Positions 26,541-32,000 of a stretch of DNA of 32,000 nt are shown here, in pieces; the first letter of the stretch is position 1, and every line of letters begins with the position of its first letter. Below the pieces are notes generated by a model. It saw only the letters and a program-made list of their open reading frames with translations. It did no database searches and was not told where the DNA came from. The stretch spans positions 48,135-80,134 of the forward strand of contig NZ_JAIVKU010000003.1 in the NCBI RefSeq assembly GCF_020524165.1, given 5' to 3'. This stretch comes from Guptibacillus hwajinpoensis. Its GTDB lineage: Bacteria > Bacillota > Bacilli > Bacillales > Guptibacillaceae. The translations under genes were made by a program, and so were the position numbers.

Positions 26541-26570
26541 ATTCCGCAGGAAAACCTGCGGAATTTTTTT
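26541..26570 (+). terminator. Intrinsic terminator of ctpB
   Basis: attccgcagg (26541-26550) pairs with cctgcggaat (26555-26564), followed by a T7 tract. Confidence 0.85.
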
Positions 26571-26683
26571 CGAATTCCAAACGTAGCAGGAGGTGATGAG
26601 CGATCATAACACCGCTGCCTATTAATTTTTTTCCTATTTGTTTAATAAAAATAAATAGGAACTTAAGCATGGAGGATTACTAA

Positions 26684-27874
26684 ATGGACACTATTGGCCT
26701 ATCATTACTTAAGGGGATAATGAGCTTTTTTCTTCACCCCCTTACGTATATCACCATCATCGGAGCTTTCATACTTGGCCGTTCACGAGTAAAGCGTGAC
26801 CGAAGAGATTTTCATACTAGAGTTCACGATGTTTTAGACGACGTCGTTTTTGCTGTCGTCCCAAGTTTAATGATTGGAGCTGCCTTTTTACTTCTAAATC
26901 TTTTCCTAGGTTTAACAGTTCCTTTTAGTGCGACTGTCGCCATGAGCATTGCGGCACTTTTGCTTTTACTCACAGGTCAGATTCGGTTTTTATCGCCTGC
27001 CTTTGTCATGATTCTTCCAGTTTTGGCAGTAATGTTTTACACGCCCATGGACGTTGGTAACGACACACTGAATCAATTACAAAAAGGAATTGGATCGACT
27101 TCGTTCATTGCACTTGCTCTCTTAGCTGGGTTTCTTGTTTTTATAGAAGGTTATTTAATTGCCACGAACGCTGGTAAACAGACATCGCCAAGACTTGTAG
27201 AGAGTAAGAGGGGCAAAATAGTTGGATCACATGAAATGCAGAGGATATGGCTATTACCACTTTTTCTTTTTCTCCCAGCAGGCAATGTGGAAGCACTCTC
27301 GTGGTGGCCGCTTCTTCATTTTGGAGAGCAGACGTATACCTTTCTGTTATTACCCTTTCCAATAGGTTTTCGAAAGCTCATTCATCACGCGCTACCACTC
27401 CCTGAAATGAAAACCAATGGGAGACAAGTCGCTCTTAATGGTGCTGGAACGGTAATTATTGGTCTGGCAAGTTATTTTCTGGACAATCAGTGGGTCGCTT
27501 TAGCTGCAATTGGATTCGTTATTGTGGGCCGAGCGAGTATTTTGCTTCTTCATCGTGGGAAAAACAAGCCTGCCTATTTCAATGAGCGAAATGAGGGGCT
27601 CGTGATTTTGGGGATTCTTCCAGGGTCTCCTGCGGATCAAATGAGCTTACAAGTAGGGGAAGTTATTTCAAAAGTAAATGGCCTTTCGTTAGGAAAAGGC
27701 GTGGATTTTTATACAGCACTTCAGCGAAATGCAGCATTTTGCAAATTAGAGGTTCTGGACATTAATGGTGAAGTAAGGTTTGAACAAAAAGCGCTTTACA
27801 ACAATACCCATCATGAACTTGGTTTATTGTTCGTGAAAGATCATCGCTTTGAGGATCAAGAAGAAGCCCAATAA
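26684..27874 (+). CDS. minJ: Polytopic membrane protein with C-terminal PDZ domain, MinJ-like
   Basis: 396 aa. Several TM helices, then a PDZ domain (GLVILGILPGSPADQMSLQVGEVISKVNG). Size, architecture and position next to ctpB match B. subtilis MinJ (YvjD). Confidence 0.65.
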   Translation: MDTIGLSLLKGIMSFFLHPLTYITIIGAFILGRSRVKRDRRDFHTRVHDVLDDVVFAVVPSLMIGAAFLLLNLFLGLTVPFSATVAMSIAALLLLLTGQIRFLSPAFVMILPVLAVMFYTPMDVGNDTLNQLQKGIGSTSFIALALLAGFLVFIEGYLIATNAGKQTSPRLVESKRGKIVGSHEMQRIWLLPLFLFLPAGNVEALSWWPLLHFGEQTYTFLLLPFPIGFRKLIHHALPLPEMKTNGRQVALNGAGTVIIGLASYFLDNQWVALAAIGFVIVGRASILLLHRGKNKPAYFNERNEGLVILGILPGSPADQMSLQVGEVISKVNGLSLGKGVDFYTALQRNAAFCKLEVLDINGEVRFEQKALYNNTHHELGLLFVKDHRFEDQEEAQ

Positions 27875-27885
27875 TTAATAAACGT

Positions 27886-27920
27886 AAAAGAAGAAGGTTT
27901 CCGTACCTTCTTCTTTTTTT
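27886..27920 (+). terminator. Intrinsic terminator of minJ
   Basis: Perfect 13-bp stem: aaaagaagaaggt (27886-27898) with accttcttctttt (27905-27917), then a T-run. Confidence 0.85.
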
Positions 27921-27933
27921 AGCTCTGGCACGT

Positions 27934-27970
27934 CGTAAAAAGATGTAAAAAAATCAAACATCTTTTTACG
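27934..27970. repeat. Perfect 13-bp AT-rich inverted repeat with 11-nt loop
   Basis: cgtaaaaagatgt (27934-27946) and acatctttttacg (27958-27970). No T-tract on either side. Confidence 0.85.
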
Positions 27971-28085
27971 AAAAACCATCTGAATTTCTATGCCGATTTG
28001 TTATAGGTTCTATTCAAGAAATATATGGAAGTGAAAAAAACGGCTAAATGCCTGTATGGTTGCGTTTACAGAGATTTTGACAGTC

Positions 28086-28114
28086 TTGTTCGTATAGAAT
28101 TCACTTGCTACAAT
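28086..28114 (+). promoter_or_regulatory. Candidate extended -10 sigma-A promoter of the small orphan gene
   Basis: TTGTTC (28086-28091), 17-nt spacer ending in TGC, TACAAT (28109-28114). Confidence 0.45.
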
Positions 28115-28147
28115 TTGATCATTCTTAACGTAAAGGAGCATGTCATA

Positions 28148-28489
28148 ATGACTGGAGAAACTCAGCTACAGCAGCAATTGATGGATCTCAACGCGAGAGA
28201 AATGAAGTTGCTTCAAAAGTTTGAAATAGAGCGCGAAACGATTATGAGTCAAATGAATGGCAGCACTTCGGTAGTAACAGGTCCAACAAAGGAAGTTTTG
28301 GAAATTTTAGAGAGGTCACAGGTTGGCATGGGGCCACTGTATCTATCGGATTTACTAGAAAAACATTATGGGATCGCAATTTCGAAGTCATCGGTCTTTA
28401 ACCTCTTGATGACGCTGGCGGATTCGACAGAATCTCCAATTGTCCGGATTAGTGAAAAATGCTTTAAATATAGTGCTAAAGTCATCTAG
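28148..28489 (+). CDS. Hypothetical 113-aa protein (coiled-coil N-half, possible winged-helix C-half)
   Basis: ATG 28148 has AAGGAG 9 nt upstream; the track ORF starts at 28025 without an RBS. No family recognised. EVLEILERS...LYLSDLLEKHYGIAISKSSVFNLLMTL looks HTH-like. Confidence 0.55.
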   Translation: MTGETQLQQQLMDLNAREMKLLQKFEIERETIMSQMNGSTSVVTGPTKEVLEILERSQVGMGPLYLSDLLEKHYGIAISKSSVFNLLMTLADSTESPIVRISEKCFKYSAKVI

Positions 28490-28562
28490 GTGTAAAGTGA
28501 TTGTGCTGTTTGTTATTGATAGAGATGAAACAGCGGCTTTTAAAAGAAAGAGAGTGATTAGA

Positions 28563-29117
28563 ATGAACGATGTATTAGAAAATAACAACATGAAGTCAAC
28601 GAATGAGTCTAGAACAGCGAAAGCGACAGTCGTAAACCCAACTCATACGAATATTCATGGCACGTTGTTTGGAGGTCAATTAATGGCCTTTATTGATGAT
28701 GTTGCTTTGATTTCAGCAACTCGTCATTCAAGAAGACCATGTGTGACAGCTTCTACCGATTCAGTCGATTTCCTTCATCCGATTCACCAGGGAGACATCG
28801 TCTGTCTTGAATCGATGGTAACGTGGACGCATAAAACATCTATGGAAGTTTTTGTGAAAGCTATTGCAGAGAAAATGTTCACAGGTGAACGTCATGTGTG
28901 TGCAACGGCGCTTCTCACTTTCGTTGCTCTTGATGAAGAAGGAAACCCGGTTGAAGTACCAGGTGTCTATCCTGAAACAGAAGAGGAAAAATTCTTGAAT
29001 GAAACAGCTGCTGAACGTAAAGAGCTTCGTAAAGGAAGAAAAGGCGAGAGTCGAAAGTTAGCACGTGAATTCGGAACGCCAAAACCATGGGATGCTGCTC
29101 AATTTACTGGAGTTTAA
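28563..29117 (+). CDS. Acyl-CoA thioesterase, hotdog fold (YkhA/BFIT-like)
   Basis: VNPTHTNIHGTLFGGQLMAFIDDVALISATRHSRRPCVTASTDSVDFLHPI...TSMEVFVKA...LTFVALDEEGNPVEVP. Start is ATG 28563 or 28590. Confidence 0.85.
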   Translation: MNDVLENNNMKSTNESRTAKATVVNPTHTNIHGTLFGGQLMAFIDDVALISATRHSRRPCVTASTDSVDFLHPIHQGDIVCLESMVTWTHKTSMEVFVKAIAEKMFTGERHVCATALLTFVALDEEGNPVEVPGVYPETEEEKFLNETAAERKELRKGRKGESRKLAREFGTPKPWDAAQFTGV

Positions 29118-29145
29118 AAAGATAAAATCCCTACTCATCATAGCT

Positions 29146-29180
29146 TTCTCTCCCCATCTTGTTGTAAGATGGGGAGAGAA
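29146..29180 (+). other. Perfect 15-bp stem-loop in the thioesterase-csbA spacer, no U-tract
   Basis: ttctctccccatctt (29146-29160), loop gttgt, aagatggggagagaa (29166-29180). Confidence 0.85.
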
Positions 29181-29206
29181 GTGCTTAGAGAGGGGAACTT
29201 ATTTTT

Positions 29207-29437
29207 ATGCAAGGAATCCTAATTGCTTTATTCGTTCCGGCAATTATCATGGTCGTGTTTACACGAGTGACATATAACACATATGTAAGCTTTGGTTTAA
29301 CGATTTTATTTATGTGGGCTGTGTTTGGTGGGATCGATCATCCCATTCACTTGATTTTATTAACGGTTCTGTCTTCACTCATAGGTTTTTATTTTTCAAG
29401 GCAAACGCAAAAACAAAACAAGAAAAAGATGAAGTAG
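29207..29437 (+). CDS. csbA: Small membrane protein CsbA-like (76 aa)
   Basis: 76 aa, two or three TM helices, FTRVTYN motif. Lies immediately upstream of uvrB, as csbA does in B. subtilis. Confidence 0.6.
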   Translation: MQGILIALFVPAIIMVVFTRVTYNTYVSFGLTILFMWAVFGGIDHPIHLILLTVLSSLIGFYFSRQTQKQNKKKMK

Positions 29438-29470
29438 CGTCTATTCCAAAAAGAATAGGCGCTTCTTTTT
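29436..29470. terminator. Bidirectional terminator of csbA, lying inside the last codons of the convergent TauE-family gene
   Basis: agcgtctattc (29436-29446) pairs with gaataggcgct (29453-29463), one G-U. T-run downstream on the plus strand and a T-rich run on the minus strand. Confidence 0.7.
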
Positions 29471-30307
29471 CGTCCAATACTGGTAAAGAAAGAGAACAAT
29501 TAACGTCACGATATAAACGATCAGAAGCAGAAGTCCAGAGGTTGCGTGGTGGAGTAGCTTGAATAAGATACTAATCAGTGTGAAGAAATATAGCGTAGCT
29601 AACAATTTTTTCATCATATCCTCAGAGAAGGAAGCTGTCATTTCTGCGCCGAATCGCGCCCCAAGTAATGCCCCAATAACAAGAAGGGTAGCTAGTGTCA
29701 GGGGGATAGTGACAGTTTGGATATAGGAGAAGAAGCCTGTTGATACAATGAAAAAGATTGATGTTAGCGATGTGCCAACGGCTAGTCGAGCAGGTATGCG
29801 CAAAACGTTGATTAATAATGGCACCATCACAAAGCCTCCCCCTACACCAAGGATGGATGAAATAAACCCACCTAGTAAGCCGATTAAAATAGTTCGAAGA
29901 GGGGAAATGGTAGAAGTAACGTGAGCTTGTTTGTTACTCCTGGCTTTTGAAAGCAGCGAAATAGCAAAGTATCCGAGAAGTAACAGATATAAAATAGAGA
30001 TAACGGTATCGTCGAGGCCATTTTCAGTTAAGTAAAGAACAACTGGCTTAGCCAGCTGTGTGCCAATCATGCCACTGATCGCTAAGAAGACCGTCGTTTT
30101 TAGAAGGACATTCTTACTTTTTATGTAGGTAAGTGCACCAGAAATCGACGTACTCATACTGTAAAGTAAACTGATTGTTATGGCCGTTGCTGGAGGATAA
30201 CCAAGTAACAGGAGGATTGGTGTAAGAAGAAATCCCCCGCCTACACCGAAAAAACCTGAGATTGCCCCAATGGCTAAGCCAGCTGGTAATGCCAATAGAA
30301 ATAGCAA
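29441..30307 (-). CDS. TauE/SafE family anion exporter-like membrane protein
   Basis: Eight or so TM helices with the duplicated motif GFFGVGGGFLLTPILL / ILGVGGGFVMVPLL. TTG start with AAGGAG 8 nt upstream. Confidence 0.85.
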   Translation of the reverse strand: MLFLLALPAGLAIGAISGFFGVGGGFLLTPILLLLGYPPATAITISLLYSMSTSISGALTYIKSKNVLLKTTVFLAISGMIGTQLAKPVVLYLTENGLDDTVISILYLLLLGYFAISLLSKARSNKQAHVTSTISPLRTILIGLLGGFISSILGVGGGFVMVPLLINVLRIPARLAVGTSLTSIFFIVSTGFFSYIQTVTIPLTLATLLVIGALLGARFGAEMTASFSEDMMKKLLATLYFFTLISILFKLLHHATSGLLLLIVYIVTLIVLFLYQYWTKKKRLFFLE

Positions 30308-30428
30308 TGATAAAACTCCTTTTTCGTAAAGCCCTTATGTTGAAAGGTAGAGCTAAAATCCAGTCAATCTACCTTTAACAGCATACAACAGTTATTTCAG
30401 AAGAGAAATAGCAGCTAAAAAATAAATG

Positions 30429-30442
30429 CGAATATCAGTTCG
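30429..30442. promoter_or_regulatory. LexA (Cheo) box upstream of uvrB
   Basis: CGAATATCAGTTCG compared with the consensus CGAAC-N4-GTTCG (9 of 10 positions match). Confidence 0.6.
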
Positions 30443-30448
30443 CTTTAA

Positions 30449-30479
30449 TTGAAGTTTTCACTAGTATCTGTGCTATAAT
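30449..30479 (+). promoter_or_regulatory. uvrB promoter (extended -10)
   Basis: TGCTATAAT (30471-30479). The best -35, TTGAAG (30449-30454), sits at a long 19-nt spacing. Confidence 0.5.
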
Positions 30480-30511
30480 AAATGACAGGAATGATAGGAA
30501 CGGAGGCGAAG

Positions 30512-32000
30512 ATGGTGGAGAAAAAATTTGAGTTGGTATCGGATTATGAGCCTCAAGGGGACCAGCCAGAAGCAATTAAAAAGCTTGTGAAAGGCGTGCA
30601 ACAAAATGAGCGTCATCAAACATTGCTTGGTGCAACAGGAACTGGTAAGACATTTACGATGTCGAACGTCATTCAACAGGTAAATAAGCCAACCCTTATT
30701 ATTGCGCATAACAAAACGCTGGCAGGGCAGTTATATAGTGAGTTTAAAGAATATTTCCCCCACAATGCTGTGGAATACTTTGTGAGTTATTACGATTACT
30801 ATCAGCCGGAAGCGTACATACCACAATCGGATACGTTTATAGAAAAAGATGCGAGTATTAATGACGAAATTGATAAGCTTCGTCACTCGGCAACGTCCAG
30901 TTTGTTTGAACGAAATGATGTTATTATCGTTGCCAGTGTTTCATGTATATATGGTCTAGGTAATCCAGAAGAATATAAAAGCCTTGTACTCTCCCTTCGA
31001 AAAGGGATGGAAAAAGATCGTGATCAGCTACTACGAGATATGGTCGATATTCAATACGCACGCAATGATATTAATTTTACACGCGGTACATTTCGCGTTC
31101 GGGGAGATGTTGTGGAGATTTTCCCTGCCTCTCGCGATGAGCATTGCATTCGTATTGAATTTTTTGGTGACGAAATTGATCGGATTACAGAAGTAAATTC
31201 GTTAACTGGTGAAATTCTTGGAGAGCGAGAGCACGTGGCTATTTTCCCGGCCTCTCACTTCGTAACCCGTGAAGAAAAGCTGAAGATCGCTATTCAGCGC
31301 ATTGAAGCTGAACTTGAAGAGAGACTGAAAGTGTTAAATGATGAAGGAAAACTTCTGGAAGCACAGCGACTTGAACAGCGAACAAGATATGATATTGAAA
31401 TGATGGCTGAGATGGGGTTTTGTTCAGGAATCGAAAACTATTCGCGTCATTTAACACTCCGTGAAGCGGGGGCAACGCCTTATACGTTAATGGACTATTT
31501 TCCAGATGATTTTTTAATTATGGTTGATGAGTCACATGTTACGCTTCCCCAAGTAAGAGGAATGTATAACGGTGACCAGGCAAGAAAAGGAGTTCTAGTC
31601 GATCATGGCTTCCGACTACCATCTGCGAAAGATAACCGCCCACTTCGTTTTGAAGAGTTTGAAGAGAAGGCTCATCAATTTGTCTATGTTTCGGCGACTC
31701 CTGGGCCATATGAAGAAGAGCACTCCACTCAAGTTGTGGAGCAAATCATTCGTCCTACAGGGCTTCTCGATCCTACAATCGAAATGCGTCCAATTGAAGG
31801 GCAGATTGATGATTTATTAGATGAGATTAATCAGCGATCGGCTCGTAATGAACGTGTGCTTGTCACTACTCTTACGAAAAAAATGTCAGAAGACTTAACG
31901 GATTATTTACTTGAAATGGGGGTAAAAGTACGTTACCTGCACTCTGAAATAAAAACGCTTGAACGAATTGAAATCATTCGTGATCTACGCTTAGGTGTAT
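30512..32000 (+). CDS. uvrB: Excinuclease ABC subunit B (5' portion; runs off the window)
   Basis: Not in the ORF track because no stop falls within the window. Hand translation from ATG 30512: [53 protein letters not shown]...[29 protein letters not shown]...[11 protein letters not shown]. The frame stays open to nt 32000. GGAGG RBS at 30502-30506. Confidence 0.95.
   Translation, partial: MVEKKFELVSDYEPQGDQPEAIKKLVKGVQQNERHQTLLGATGTGKTFTMSNVIQQVNKPTLIIAHNKTLAGQLYSEFKEYFPHNAVEYFVSYYDYYQPEAYIPQSDTFIEKDASINDEIDKLRHSATSSLFERNDVIIVASVSCIYGLGNPEEYKSLVLSLRKGMEKDRDQLLRDMVDIQYARNDINFTRGTFRVRGDVVEIFPASRDEHCIRIEFFGDEIDRITEVNSLTGEILGEREHVAIFPASHFVTREEKLKIAIQRIEAELEERLKVLNDEGKLLEAQRLEQRTRYDIEMMAEMGFCSGIENYSRHLTLREAGATPYTLMDYFPDDFLIMVDESHVTLPQVRGMYNGDQARKGVLVDHGFRLPSAKDNRPLRFEEFEEKAHQFVYVSATPGPYEEEHSTQVVEQIIRPTGLLDPTIEMRPIEGQIDDLLDEINQRSARNERVLVTTLTKKMSEDLTDYLLEMGVKVRYLHSEIKTLERIEIIRDLRLGV

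Noticed and set aside
26588-26625. AGGAGG followed by a 9-codon ORF (MSDHNTAAY) upstream of minJ
   Set aside because: The ATG is only 2 nt from the SD-like sequence and the ORF is tiny, so it is likely fortuitous.
28077-28082. Perfect TTGACA hexamer upstream of the orphan gene
   Set aside because: No -10-like hexamer lies 16-18 nt downstream (TATAGA at 10 nt, TAGAAT at 12 nt). The TTGTTC, 17-nt spacer, TGCTACAAT combination fits better.
29112-29117. GTTTAA (sigma-B -35 consensus) at the end of the thioesterase gene, as a possible csbA sigma-B promoter
   Set aside because: No GGGTAT or GGGWAW lies 12-15 nt downstream; the sequence there is ccctactc. The hexamer is simply the last codons plus the stop.
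1-32000. Search for CRISPR repeats, tRNA, rRNA or tmRNA genes, IS elements, integrases, toxin-antitoxin pairs and known defence genes
   Set aside because: No regularly spaced direct repeats were seen. There is no tRNA-like T-arm or acceptor pattern in the intergenic regions, and no ORF has transposase, recombinase or nuclease hallmarks. Every ORF longer than 110 aa on the coding strand is accounted for by a recognisable family except 269..1957 and 28148..28489.

Overview
Chromosomal segment of a low-GC Firmicute, Bacillaceae-like. Gene content and order follow the Bacillus subtilis neighbourhood tagO, yvyE, degS-degU, degV, comF, hpf, secA-prfB, yvjA, cccB, ftsE-ftsX, ctpB, minJ, csbA, uvrB. 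Most of the window is therefore core envelope, secretion, translation and repair genes, with canonical intrinsic terminators and recognisable sigma-A, sigma-B, WalR and LexA-type sites. I saw no rRNA or tRNA genes, no CRISPR array, and no transposase, integrase or phage genes. I did not find an obvious new defence or mobile system. The only accessory-looking part is the left 5.5 kb (245-6567). It holds an unrecognised 562-aa multidomain protein, three GT4 glycosyltransferases and an LCP ligase, convergent with tagO. This looks like a compact wall-glycopolymer module and is my best candidate for something undescribed. Other points worth a second look: a coiled-coil M23 peptidase with intact catalytic motifs directly behind ftsEX; a perfect WalR box upstream of an NlpC/P60 autolysin; loss of comFB and of the whole late-flagellar block between comFC and hpf, where a cold-shock gene sits instead; and several strong orphan hairpins or palindromes in intergenic regions. 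All calls come from reading the supplied translations and the DNA by eye. No database search, HMM or folding calculation was run. Family assignments rest on remembered motifs and synteny, and most start codons were re-picked from Shine-Dalgarno context.
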